Below are positions 37,448 to 47,119 of a stretch of DNA of 54,818 nt, in pieces. Position 1 is the stretch's first letter. Each line of letters starts with the position of its first letter. The DNA comes from Gemmatimonadota bacterium (GTDB lineage Bacteria > Gemmatimonadota > Gemmatimonadetes > Gemmatimonadales > GWC2-71-9). The notes below the pieces were generated by a model that worked only from the letters and a program-made list of their open reading frames with translations, ran no database searches and was not told where the DNA came from. The stretch lies in the NCBI GenBank assembly GCA_029262155.1, contig JAJCZW010000004.1:1-54818 (forward strand), given 5' to 3'. The translations under genes were made by a program, and so were the position numbers.

Positions 37448-40041
37448 GCACCCTTCACGATCAACTCGGTCGATTGGCCACGGCTCCGGTCCTCCTCGTC
37501 GCGTCCGATTATGACGGGACCCTGGCGCCTATCGTCTCCGATCCGGCGGCCGCGCATCCTCACCCTGAAGCGATGGTGGCCCTCCGCCTCCTGGCCGAAC
37601 TCCCCCACACCCATGTGACGGTCATCAGCGGGAGGGCATTACGCGACCTTCGGCGTCTCGCGGCGTTTCCCGATGAGGTCCACCTGGTGGGGAGCCATGG
37701 CTCGGAGTTCGATCTCGACTTTGGGAAGACGCTGACGGCAGAGAGCACCCGGCGTCACGAACAGATCACCCAGTTGCTCCGAGAGGTAGTGAAGGATCAC
37801 CCCGGCCTCTCGCTCGAAGTCAAGCCCGCAAGTGTGGCACTGCACTATCGTAATGTGCCAGCAGAAGCCGCCAAGGGTGTACTGGAGGCCATCACGGAGC
37901 GCACCGCGACGATTCCCGGTGTCCACACCCGACATGGTAAGTGTGTGGTCGAGCTCTCCATCTCCCAAACCAACAAAGGCGATGCCCTCGATATCATCCG
38001 CCATCGGGTGGGAGCTTCTGCGGTCATCTTTATTGGAGACGATATCACCGATGAAGATGCCTTTCGGACCCTGACCGGTCCTGATATCGGGATCAAGGTG
38101 GGTGAGGGATCCACGGCGGCACCCCATCGGGTGGACGATACCGCCGCGGTGGCCCACCTCTTGGCCCAACTGGCGGAGGCGCGAGCGACCTGGCTCGCAG
38201 GTTCCGGGGTGGTGCCGATCGAATCCCACGTCCTGCTTTCGGATCAACGTGCCCTCGCACTCCTCACTCCGGATGCCCGGCTGGTTTGGTATTGTGCTCC
38301 CCGACTCGATTCACCGGCGTTGTTTGCGGAGCTGCTCGGTGGTCCACCTGGAGGACGTTTCGCGATCGCGCCGGCCGAGGGGGAAGAACCACCGGTGCAG
38401 CAACGATATCGAGACGCAACGATGGTCGTGGAGACGACCTGGCCGACCTGTCGGGTAGTCGATTTCCTCGATACCAGTGACGGTCGAACCACACAACGGG
38501 CCGGGCGGAGCGACCTGGTTCGGATTGTCCATGGCACCGGGCAAGTCGCGATCGAGTTCGCGCCGCGGCTGGATTTTGGGCGCGCGTTGACCCACCTGGC
38601 CGTGAAAGAGGACGGCTTGCAGGTATTGGGGACGCAAGATCCGGTGGTACTGCGTGCACCCGGTGTGGTGTGGACCATCGCCGACGAGGCCGGCCACCAC
38701 GTAGCCCGCGCGGTGGTCGACCTCGACCCTGCAGAGCCGTTGGTGATGGAACTCCGAGTGGGTACCTCCCAACTCACCGAAGATCGCACCCCAGCCGCAG
38801 AGCGTCAGGCGGCGACCGAGATGTTCTGGCAGCGGTGGGCGGAGCCGCTCGCTCTTCCGGCGCTTGCCACCGAGTCTGTGCGCCGGAGTGCGCTGGTGCT
38901 CAAGGCCCTTTGCTACGGGCCAACCGGAGCCGTCGCTGCCGCAGCCACAACCAGTCTTCCGGAACATCTCGGTGGGGTCCGGAACTGGGACTATCGGTAC
39001 TGTTGGCTCCGCGATGCCGCGATGGCGGTTGGGGCCCTCACCGATCTGGGCAGCCATCATGAGGCGATCGACTATCTGAATTGGGTCCTGGAACTCCTCG
39101 ACGAACTCGACCAGGCCCCCGAACGGCTGCGTCCACTCTATTCGGTGTTGGGCCGGGAGCTGGGGGCCGAGGGGGAGATTGCCGAGTTGGCGGGATATGG
39201 TGGGAGTCGTCCGGTGCGGGTGGGGAACGCCGCTTCGGGGCAGGTCCAGCTCGATGTCTTTGGGCCAATCGTTGAAGTCGTCGCGAAACTGGTGCAGCAG
39301 CAAGCCCCCCTCACCCACGAACATTGGCGCCTGGTGCGCGCGATGGTGCAAGCGGTGACGAGGCGTTGGCGCGAGCCCGACCACGGCATCTGGGAGATCC
39401 GGAAATCGGTACGCCATCACGTCCATACCAAGGTCATGTGTTGGGTGACGGTGGATCGTGCGATCAAGGTCGGCGACCAGCTCCACAATGAGGTCCCCCC
39501 GGAGTGGCTGGTGCTTCGAGACGCCATCGCGGAGGACATCCTCGCCCACGGCTGGAATGAAAGGGTCGGTGCGTTCACAGCAGCCTATGGAGCGGCAGAT
39601 CTGGACGCCGCCGCGTTGGTGGTCGGGCTCTCGGGGCTCGTCTCCCCTGAGGATGTACGGTTTCGGTCGACGGTGCAGGCGGTCGAGCGCGAGTTACGAG
39701 AAGGTCCAACCGTATACCGGTACCACGAGGACGACGGCCTGCCTGGCATCGAAGGGGGATTTCATCTCTGTGCGTCGTGGTTGGTGGAGAGCTATCTCTT
39801 AACAGGCCATGGCGAGAAGGCACGAGAACTCTTCGAGGCAATGCTTGCTTGCGGAGGTGCACAAGGCCTTTTCTCGGAACAATTCGATCCCCGTTCCAAC
39901 CGGAGCTTGGGGAATCACCCACAGGCCTATTCTCACATCGGGATCATCGCGAACGCTCTACGGCTTCACAACAGAAGCACCGCCGACACACCACCCGTGA
40001 GCACGAGTGCTGTTGCTACCCCGATCGTACGACGGAGCTGA
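37444..40041 (+). CDS. otsB: fusion protein: trehalose-phosphatase (HAD) N-terminal domain plus glycoside hydrolase family 15 C-terminal domain
   Basis: HAD motif I DYDGTLAP and IGDDITDED in the first ~250 aa. GH15-type WDYRYCWLRDAAMAV and HPQAYSHIGIIANALRL in the C-terminal ~600 aa. 4-nt overlap with otsA. Confidence 0.85.
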   Translation: MSTLHDQLGRLATAPVLLVASDYDGTLAPIVSDPAAAHPHPEAMVALRLLAELPHTHVTVISGRALRDLRRLAAFPDEVHLVGSHGSEFDLDFGKTLTAESTRRHEQITQLLREVVKDHPGLSLEVKPASVALHYRNVPAEAAKGVLEAITERTATIPGVHTRHGKCVVELSISQTNKGDALDIIRHRVGASAVIFIGDDITDEDAFRTLTGPDIGIKVGEGSTAAPHRVDDTAAVAHLLAQLAEARATWLAGSGVVPIESHVLLSDQRALALLTPDARLVWYCAPRLDSPALFAELLGGPPGGRFAIAPAEGEEPPVQQRYRDATMVVETTWPTCRVVDFLDTSDGRTTQRAGRSDLVRIVHGTGQVAIEFAPRLDFGRALTHLAVKEDGLQVLGTQDPVVLRAPGVVWTIADEAGHHVARAVVDLDPAEPLVMELRVGTSQLTEDRTPAAERQAATEMFWQRWAEPLALPALATESVRRSALVLKALCYGPTGAVAAAATTSLPEHLGGVRNWDYRYCWLRDAAMAVGALTDLGSHHEAIDYLNWVLELLDELDQAPERLRPLYSVLGRELGAEGEIAELAGYGGSRPVRVGNAASGQVQLDVFGPIVEVVAKLVQQQAPLTHEHWRLVRAMVQAVTRRWREPDHGIWEIRKSVRHHVHTKVMCWVTVDRAIKVGDQLHNEVPPEWLVLRDAIAEDILAHGWNERVGAFTAAYGAADLDAAALVVGLSGLVSPEDVRFRSTVQAVERELREGPTVYRYHEDDGLPGIEGGFHLCASWLVESYLLTGHGEKARELFEAMLACGGAQGLFSEQFDPRSNRSLGNHPQAYSHIGIIANALRLHNRSTADTPPVSTSAVATPIVRRS

Positions 40042-41240
40042 GGTGTCCCCAGGAAGCTGACCAATCCCGCCTTGACGACGGTATTGGAGATAGTGGCAAC
40101 GACAAGGGCTTTGACCGACAGCGTGATGGCGGCTCCATTCTGAACCCGCTGCGCCAGAGACAACGCGATCGCGTCCGTATCCGTCAGCCCCGCGATAGCC
40201 GCCACTAGATACATCCCCCCACTCGGCAGGTAGCGCGCCACCAGCTCGACGACCATCAAGACCGCAGCGAAAAAGACGGCCACCTTGATTGCCGCGGTGA
40301 GACTGAAGGGGTTTCGAAGGTGCATGGGGTTGGTCGTCGACGGGCTCCGCCCCCGGTGACGCAGTGAGAAGAGTGCGGCACCGAGACAGAGAACACCCAA
40401 GAGAACGAGAGGTCCGGAGAGCGAAGGCGCCATCGCGGGGGCGACGATCATGGTCAAGATCAGCACGCGGATGAACATGACCGCCCAGGCCAGCAGAATC
40501 CCAGCGGCGAGTGCGTTACCCAAGTCTGGCGCGTCGGATTCCCCAACATTCTCTCGACTTCGTTTGGCGAACGAGAGCGTCACCGCCGTGGAAGAGACCA
40601 GGCCTCCCACCGCACCAGTGATTGCCGTCCCTCGCCCGGTCCCGAGCATTCGCACCGCGATATAGCCGACGAGAGACAGCCCCGATATCAGAATGACCAG
40701 TAGCCAGAGGGTGTAGGGGTTGAGGACGCCGAGTGGATCAAGGGCTCGGTCGGGAAGAAGTGGGAGGACGATGAACGAGGCGATCAGCAGCTTAAGACCG
40801 GCGAAGAGGTCGTCTTCGCCTACCCGAGCAACCAACTGATGCAAGGGACGCTTGAAGGCCAGGACGGCAGAGACGAGAATCCCTAACGCGACGGCCACAC
40901 CGGGTTGGCCGTAGACCGACACTCCGCCCAGGAGGGTTACCACGATGGCCGCCACTTCGGTGGTAAGCCCGGCGGACACGCGATGGGTGTGAATCAGAAC
41001 GACATATCCCGCGAGCACCAAGCCGGACACGGCCAGGATCGCGCCGAGGAAGATCCAAGGGGTGCCGGCCAGAATACCGAGCCAGGCGGACAGCGCCCCG
41101 GTCATGGCGAAGAGGGTGAAGGTCCTGATCCCACCGATCCGATGCATCGGATCGACCGCGTCACGCTTTTCTCGTTCGAGCCCCACCAGGGCACCGATGA
41201 AGATCGCGATGGCAAAGTTGCGCAACAGGATCGGGTCCAT
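39966..41240 (-). CDS. MgtC/SapB family membrane protein with DUF4010 extension
   Basis: FAIAIFIGALVGLEREKR N-terminus and ~10 TM helices. Confidence 0.8.
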   Translation of the reverse strand: MDPILLRNFAIAIFIGALVGLEREKRDAVDPMHRIGGIRTFTLFAMTGALSAWLGILAGTPWIFLGAILAVSGLVLAGYVVLIHTHRVSAGLTTEVAAIVVTLLGGVSVYGQPGVAVALGILVSAVLAFKRPLHQLVARVGEDDLFAGLKLLIASFIVLPLLPDRALDPLGVLNPYTLWLLVILISGLSLVGYIAVRMLGTGRGTAITGAVGGLVSSTAVTLSFAKRSRENVGESDAPDLGNALAAGILLAWAVMFIRVLILTMIVAPAMAPSLSGPLVLLGVLCLGAALFSLRHRGRSPSTTNPMHLRNPFSLTAAIKVAVFFAAVLMVVELVARYLPSGGMYLVAAIAGLTDTDAIALSLAQRVQNGAAITLSVKALVVATISNTVVKAGLVSFLGTPQLRRTIGVATALVLTGGVSAVLLL

Positions 41241-41327
41241 CGAAGGAGAATAGGAGGATATGGCGGCGGATGGAACAGGGGTTGGCCCGGACCGGAAGTT
41301 TGAGGTCCGTTCGCAGCATAGTTCAAT

Positions 41328-41345
41328 ATTCTATTGTAATAGAAT
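41328..41345. promoter_or_regulatory. 8-2-8 perfect inverted repeat ATTCTATT-GT-AATAGAAT in the divergent mgtC-like/gntR promoter region; candidate GntR operator
   Basis: Sits in a ~130-nt AT-rich island (41300-41440), ~95 nt upstream of the gntR-family ATG. Confidence 0.4.
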
Positions 41346-41441
41346 TAATGTTCGAGGAAATGGGGGTGTCCTAGGCTTGTGGGCTTGTAAATACCGCTCT
41401 CATGGTATAGGCTTTGGATGATATTCTAGAAAGCTATAAAA

Positions 41442-42443
41442 ATGACTTCTTTCGACAATATGCGCTCCCGAATCGACCACGACAGCCCGGTCCCGCTCTA
41501 TCACCAGATCGTCCGGGCCCTGGAATACCGGATTGCGACCGGTGATTTACGCCCTGGGGATCACCTCCCCACTCTTCGGACGGCAGGAGAGGAGTGGGGG
41601 GTCAACCTCCATACGGTCAGGCGAGCCTACCAGGTGCTCACTGAACAGAGGACCTTGGTGACGAAACCGGGGGTCGGCAGTGTGGTGGCACAGGGTGTGG
41701 AGTGGGTGCCGGAGGGGATCGAGTGTTGGCGCCCACCCGATGAGCCATGGTCCGATACTCCGGCGGCCACCCTCGACGGTTTTCTCGGGGCGATGCTCCG
41801 GACGGCGCACGATCGTTGGGGGGCATCACCCGACGAGGTCGTGCGTCGGTTACACCATCTTCGGCCCAACACAGTCTGGGTGGTCGAGTGCAGCGAGATT
41901 CAGTCGGCGGATCTCGCCGATCAGGTGCGTGCCGTCTGCGATGCCCGGGTACAGCCCCGGAGTCTCGAACGATCGGAGGAATTACCTCCCGGACTGGTCA
42001 TCGCCACACACTTCCATTTTGCCGATATCCGACGTCGGTGGCCCCATCGCCTTGGGGAGATCCATTTCATCGCTATCCGACCCGACCCTCGTATTCGCGA
42101 CCGTGTATTGGCTCGGGTAGCGGGGTTGAAGAACCCACGCGTGGCGATCTGTGAGCGGGAGCCGGCGATGGCCGCCAATGTCGCAGCCGATCTGCGACCG
42201 ATGCTCCAGGGTGTCGCCGAGGTGGAAATCGCCGTTGAACGCGTTGCGGCGCATTTCCTATCCAACTGTTCCCCCGACACCACGCTGTTGTTCGCGCCGC
42301 GCGTCTGGGCCGAACTCTCGGCAGAGGAGCGGGCCGACCCCCGCGCCGTCGAAGTGCGTTATCTGATAGGCTCCACCGACCTCGAAGGCATTCGCGTCGC
42401 GGTCGGCGAAACATCCACCTGCACCGCGGAGCCCTCCGTATGA
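41442..42443 (+). CDS. GntR family transcriptional regulator with large C-terminal domain
   Basis: PLYHQIVRALEYRIATGDLRPGDHLPTLRTAGEEWGVNLHTVRRAYQVL. Confidence 0.8.
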   Translation: MTSFDNMRSRIDHDSPVPLYHQIVRALEYRIATGDLRPGDHLPTLRTAGEEWGVNLHTVRRAYQVLTEQRTLVTKPGVGSVVAQGVEWVPEGIECWRPPDEPWSDTPAATLDGFLGAMLRTAHDRWGASPDEVVRRLHHLRPNTVWVVECSEIQSADLADQVRAVCDARVQPRSLERSEELPPGLVIATHFHFADIRRRWPHRLGEIHFIAIRPDPRIRDRVLARVAGLKNPRVAICEREPAMAANVAADLRPMLQGVAEVEIAVERVAAHFLSNCSPDTTLLFAPRVWAELSAEERADPRAVEVRYLIGSTDLEGIRVAVGETSTCTAEPSV

Positions 42444-44374
42444 GATTACGCTTCGATTTCGCCCGCCGTGTTGTCTTTCGGCCGGTTCTCCCGGCAACGT
42501 TTCTCCTCACCATGGGGTGTGTGGTTGCCGGGGCTCAGCAACCAGGTGACGACGCGGCTCTGTTTGGGCGGGGACAACAGTTGTTCATCCAGCACGACCT
42601 CGCCGGGGCTGGCCGGGCTCTCGCCGCGATCAGCGATACCGCCCCCCTACGGATTCGCGCCGGTGCCCTTCGTATGCGCGCGCTGCTCGCGTGGCGATTT
42701 CGGCACCAGTGGGACGAGGCGGACCAGCTGCTCCGTCTGGCGACCACGGTCGACTTCGATCGGGCGGCGTCGTTTGCTGCGTTGGCCCGAATGGAGCAGG
42801 AGCGAGGTCATTTTGACAACGCGATCAGAGCGTTGTACCGGGGGGAGCGGTTTACGGAGACCGCTGCCGACAGGCTCGAGCTGGCCACTCGTTTCGGGCA
42901 GGTGGCGGTGGCTCGGGCGCGAGCGAGCCTGGACCAGACTCCGGTGGTCCCACTTGATGAACCGACGAAGCGAACCTTGTGCGAGGCCCGCGAACGCCTT
43001 CACCCGGTGGTGAGTGCCAACCGCGGTGCGCTCGGTCCGGCGCGTGTCCTGATACAAGTTGCGCTTTTTCTTGGTGACGGACCGACGGTCCTCGACGCAT
43101 GGCGCTCCTACTACCTCACCATCGTCGGACGGAAGGATGCAGGCGTCCTCGATACGCCACGCGCCGATCTCGTCCGACTCCTTCCTGCCTGGGCCGAGCG
43201 CGTGCCAACCGGCAAGGATGTTGGGGCTGTGGTGGAGGCGCTGGCCCGATCGGGATTGCTTCTGGAAGCGAGCATCGCTGCTACGAACCCCACCTGGACT
43301 CGGGGGGTGGCTCCGGCAGGAGATGGGGTAGAGGAGACTATCGCCTACGCTCAATTCGGGTTGGCCGCCGAAGCCCACACCAACGAGTACTACCGTCTCA
43401 TGGCCCTCAATAGCCCGGACACCGCCGGGGCACGCGGACGACTCCTCGATGCGGCGGGCCCCCTCTGGCAGAAGCTGTCGTGGCCGGGCACACCTCCGCC
43501 GCTTACTGTTGGTTCATTGAAGAAGGAAGTAGAAGCCCGGTTCAACGCGGAGTTTGGCGTCGGTCGGACGGCCGGGTATCCCGATCTCCATTTTGGGCAC
43601 CGCGTCATTGACGACCGGATGACGGTGGAGCAGTACGGGACGTCGGCGAGCCTCCGGTTCATTGCCCTCGATGGTATGGTGTCGAACGGGTTCCAGAGCT
43701 GGGCCTGGGACTATCGCCAGCAGCACGGTGGGTGGGCCCGAACCGACGAGATCATTCAGGTGCGCTCGGCCTATGCCGGCCAAGGATTGAGGATATGGCG
43801 GATGCTCTCCGATTCGCTTGCCCTTCGCCGGATGATGGAAGACCTCGATCGATGGACAGCCGAGGATTGGGAGCGTGCCGCGCAGGACTCTACCGCCTAC
43901 CTCCAGGGACTCGCCGAGCGGCTCTATATGCAGGGGGTCGCCGAGGTGCGGGAGGACGTCCAACGCAAAGATGTTCCCCCTGAAACCGTGGCCGACAGCT
44001 TTCTCGTCGCGATGGAGAGAGCCGTCTTCTCGAGCAGTATCGTGGCCCATGAGGGTCGGCATGCGATCGATCGACGGCTCGGACTCGACCTTCCTATCGC
44101 GGACCGGGAATTCCGCGCCAAACTTTCCGAGGTGGCGTTCGCCTTGCAGCCGCGGCTCGCCTTTGGTGGGATCATCAGTTCGTCTATCGGTGGCTCAACG
44201 CCGCACGGTATCGCCAATCGGCGCATCATGGAGGGACTCCTTCGGTGGATGCGGGCACATGTCGAAGAGATTCAGGGACTCGACGTCACCCGACCGCTGC
44301 TCCCGCAACTGGACCGCCTCACCAACGATCAACTCCGGGCGGCGATGCGGTCGATGGATCCGCTGGCCCGCTAG
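42440..44374 (+). CDS. hypothetical secreted protein (644 aa) with a single HExxH motif near the C-terminus
   Basis: ATGA overlap with the gntR-family gene. N-terminal hydrophobic signal. SSIVAHEGRHAIDRR. Confidence 0.6.
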   Translation: MRLRFDFARRVVFRPVLPATFLLTMGCVVAGAQQPGDDAALFGRGQQLFIQHDLAGAGRALAAISDTAPLRIRAGALRMRALLAWRFRHQWDEADQLLRLATTVDFDRAASFAALARMEQERGHFDNAIRALYRGERFTETAADRLELATRFGQVAVARARASLDQTPVVPLDEPTKRTLCEARERLHPVVSANRGALGPARVLIQVALFLGDGPTVLDAWRSYYLTIVGRKDAGVLDTPRADLVRLLPAWAERVPTGKDVGAVVEALARSGLLLEASIAATNPTWTRGVAPAGDGVEETIAYAQFGLAAEAHTNEYYRLMALNSPDTAGARGRLLDAAGPLWQKLSWPGTPPPLTVGSLKKEVEARFNAEFGVGRTAGYPDLHFGHRVIDDRMTVEQYGTSASLRFIALDGMVSNGFQSWAWDYRQQHGGWARTDEIIQVRSAYAGQGLRIWRMLSDSLALRRMMEDLDRWTAEDWERAAQDSTAYLQGLAERLYMQGVAEVREDVQRKDVPPETVADSFLVAMERAVFSSSIVAHEGRHAIDRRLGLDLPIADREFRAKLSEVAFALQPRLAFGGIISSSIGGSTPHGIANRRIMEGLLRWMRAHVEEIQGLDVTRPLLPQLDRLTNDQLRAAMRSMDPLAR

Positions 44375-44812
44375 AGCACGGTCCCGCACCCGGGTAGACC
44401 GGCGTGCCTCGTGGGAGACGTCAATCGCGGTTAGCGGTTGCGGCTGCGAACAGTTGTCTTGGTCGTCGTCTGCACGGTTGGGTCTGCGGTTCAGGCCCAG
44501 GCATCGGATTTCCGGGTAGAGGAATACCTGAAGGCGACCCCGCCCGGATTGCTGTCCCCAAGAGGGTGACGCTCAGGTACCGCCTGATCGATGGGACGTT
44601 GGTTGCTCGGGGGAGTTGAGGGGGGGAGCGGCAATCGCGTGCCACCAGGCCAGTGACGGCCTGACGGGTGCGCCGCATAAGGCAGAGTCCGTCCGGTGGG
44701 ATGCACGATGCAGAATGGTTGCGGACTCTCCGGATCGGTGGTAGTCTCGGGAAGAGCCGAATGTGGCTCCTGGTGATGGAGGGGGGCGACCGACCAATCC
44801 CACACCGAGGAG

Positions 44813-45061
44813 GTGGCGACCTTGCCCAAGTTCATCGATTCCCATCCCATGAAGCCGGTGACGTCAGACACCTTGCGGCAGCTGCAGGATGCGCCTCCGG
44901 ACGAGTTCGGAGTCACGCACCACGATATCCTGTTCAACGAGCAGGAGAACAAGATTTACTGCGTGCTGAACGCTCCGAACCTCGACGCAGTGCACAAGCA
45001 TCACGCGAAGGCCGGTATCAGCTGCGATTGGGTGCAGGAGGTGAAGTCGACCCGAGCGTGA
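44813..45061 (+). CDS. DUF4242 / SCO4226-like small protein
   Basis: PKFIDSHPM...THHDILFNEQENKIYCVLNAPNLDAVHKHHAKAGISCDWV. Confidence 0.75.
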   Translation: MATLPKFIDSHPMKPVTSDTLRQLQDAPPDEFGVTHHDILFNEQENKIYCVLNAPNLDAVHKHHAKAGISCDWVQEVKSTRA

Positions 45062-45143
45062 CGGCGGTCTCGCAAGCACCTGGTGAGACCAACGTTGGCT
45101 AACGGATCTTACTCTCGTGACGCATCGATAGAGCGGTTGCCGG

Positions 45144-45365
45144 TTATCCGGAATCGGTAACCGCGCCAGCTATTTCGCCCCCACCCTGCGCCTTGCGTAG
45201 TGCGATCCACGCGATCAGTCCCTGTCCCAGGTCGACGAGTGCGTGTATCACCATGGCCGGAATGAGGGATCCGAAGATCAACGCGACCAACGTGAGCAGG
45301 CTGCCAACGAAGCCGATCTCCAGAGTGCTACGCGGACCCTGGTAGGCATGCCCGCCCACGTCGAA
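45144..45365 (-). pseudogene. C-terminal fragment of a CPBP (CAAX-type) intramembrane protease
   Basis: FDVGGHAYQGP...SLIPAMVIHALVD matches the last two conserved CPBP motifs. The EExxxR N-terminal motifs are absent upstream. Confidence 0.4.
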
Positions 45366-45723
45366 GGCCGGGCCACGACGTGGTCCACCCCCCGCACGAT
45401 CGCTATCAGAGCGAGATAGAGTATGTCGGGCGTTGCCAGGGGAGTTCTCCCCTGAACGGTTCACTGTCGTTTCCTTCGATGATCGCTTCTTTCACCTATC
45501 ACCGACCGATATCGCCTCCTCCCACTGCCGAGCTGTTGGGGGAGTTCGGATGAATCCCTCAGCCTGGTGAAGAATCTCTCCGGCTGTTTGGCGAACGAAA
45601 AGTGGGGGGAAGGGTGCTTTCGCCATCCCCTGGAGCAGGTACTTTGCATTGCAAAGCACCTCCTTCGAGCGGGGTGTGCCGACAGCCTCGGCGGTGGAAC
45701 TCGAGGACCATGGGAGGCTGAAG

Positions 45724-46164
45724 ATGAAAGACTGGCTGAGACGGATCCGGGGGGCCATTGGGATGGGCCTGACCTGGGCGGTGGCCTGGTTCGGCGCCGG
45801 GCTCGTCCTTTTGCTCATCGTCGGTCCCGACGCTGCCGACGTCCCGTTTCCACTCGGCTTCGGCATGTTTGGTTTTCTGGCCGGGGTCACCTTCTCCGGA
45901 GTCCTCGGTGCCATTGAGAGCCGCCGGAGGTTCGATCAGATGTCGCTGCCGCGGTTCGCGGCGTGGGGGGCTCTGGGAGGCCTGCTGCTGTCCGGGCTCT
46001 TTGTCGGGGTCGCGGCGCTCGCAGGGGAGACCGTGGAGATCATGGTGCTGGGACCGGTGTTCGCTCTGGCGGGTGCGGGCTCCGCCGCCGGGTCGCTGGC
46101 GTTGGCCCGACAGACAGAGGAGGGAGCTCTGCCGGGCAACGGTGGGAGGACCACCCGGGAGTAG
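45724..46164 (+). CDS. hypothetical 4-TM membrane protein
   Basis: Trimmed to MKDWLRRIRGAIGMGLTWAVAWFGAG. Gly/Ala-rich TM helices. Confidence 0.55.
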   Translation: MKDWLRRIRGAIGMGLTWAVAWFGAGLVLLLIVGPDAADVPFPLGFGMFGFLAGVTFSGVLGAIESRRRFDQMSLPRFAAWGALGGLLLSGLFVGVAALAGETVEIMVLGPVFALAGAGSAAGSLALARQTEEGALPGNGGRTTRE

Positions 46165-46579
46165 CCGGAGGTGAAGCGGAGTGATTGCTCGGAGGCAGGG
46201 ATGGATCGGGGCGGAGTAGATCCAACCGTGAGCCCTCCGGGGTCGGAGTGGCTCCGTCATTGCGCCCTTCCCGATCATCTCGGAAAGACCAACGGGGCGC
46301 GCTTGGGTGCCGGAGTCGCAATGTTTCTGAGCGTCAACTAGATCCTGATTCAGAACCGGTTCTCTCCCGGATACGACGGCACCTTACTGATAGCCCAGTT
46401 TCTTCTTCTGGCCGGTGCGTCGGGTCGGATGCTCGGCGTTGACCGTTATCTTCCCCGCCGCTGGCGATCGGTTCCGATTGGGTAGCGTGTCACTACTAGA
46501 AGCCTGCGGCATTCCGTCCGCCGTGCGGCCACGTGCGGAGGAGACTTAGGTTACGACGGTCCCCCTACAAGGGGTAACC

Positions 46580-46955
46580 GTGAAGAACTGGTAGCGATCA
46601 AGGCCAGAGGCCACGTTCCTCGTGCTGGCTCTGCTTGGATGTTCCGCTCCCGAGCCCGAGAGTTTCACGGAGGCCGATGCCCTTGCCGTTCGCGACAGGC
46701 GTCATCGCATTGGAGAACGCGTTGAACCTCGCGGTCGACGGCCTCGATTGTGAGGCTGGGTTGGTGATGATACAGGGCCAGGAGCCGGTGTTCGTGTCCA
46801 ACGGGCATGTGGTGCGCACCGACGGCGCTCTCCGGGATCAGTGTGAGAGGATAGTGGCTCAGCGCACCGGCGCGACGTTTTGGTTGGAAGGAGGAGTCGG
46901 TGGCTTGAGGGTGACAGAACGGAGAAAAAGCTTTTTTGGGTGGATATGGTGTTAG
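46580..46955 (+). pseudogene. lipoprotein-like gene interrupted by an in-frame TAG (46592-46594) and a frameshift
   Basis: GTG-AAG-AAC-TGG-TAG-CGA... then RPEATFLVLALLGCSAPE (lipobox) in the same frame, ending at TGA 46751. The protein-like continuation (ALENALNLAVDGLDCEAGLVMIQGQEPVFVSNG...) is in another frame, to 46955. Confidence 0.3.
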
Positions 46956-47119
46956 GGCCGGCACGATCGCCGGGCCTCGACCGTTCCCGCCCCGCGGGGG
47001 AAGGGCCGGGGTGAAGGCTTCCGTCGCGGCAGGCACCGAAGCCCGGCGCTTCAGCCTGAGAACATGCATGGCGTTGGCCCTCCGCTGCCAAGAGGATGAT
47101 TCTGATGAGACGCTCGGCA

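Noticed and set aside
44375-44812. 438-nt ORF-poor stretch upstream of the DUF4242 gene, considered as a riboswitch or ncRNA (metal-sensing, given the SCO4226-like nickel-binding family)
   Set aside because: I could not match it by eye to the NiCo, cobalamin, Mn or any other riboswitch consensus. A covariance-model scan (Rfam/Infernal) is needed, so no claim is made.
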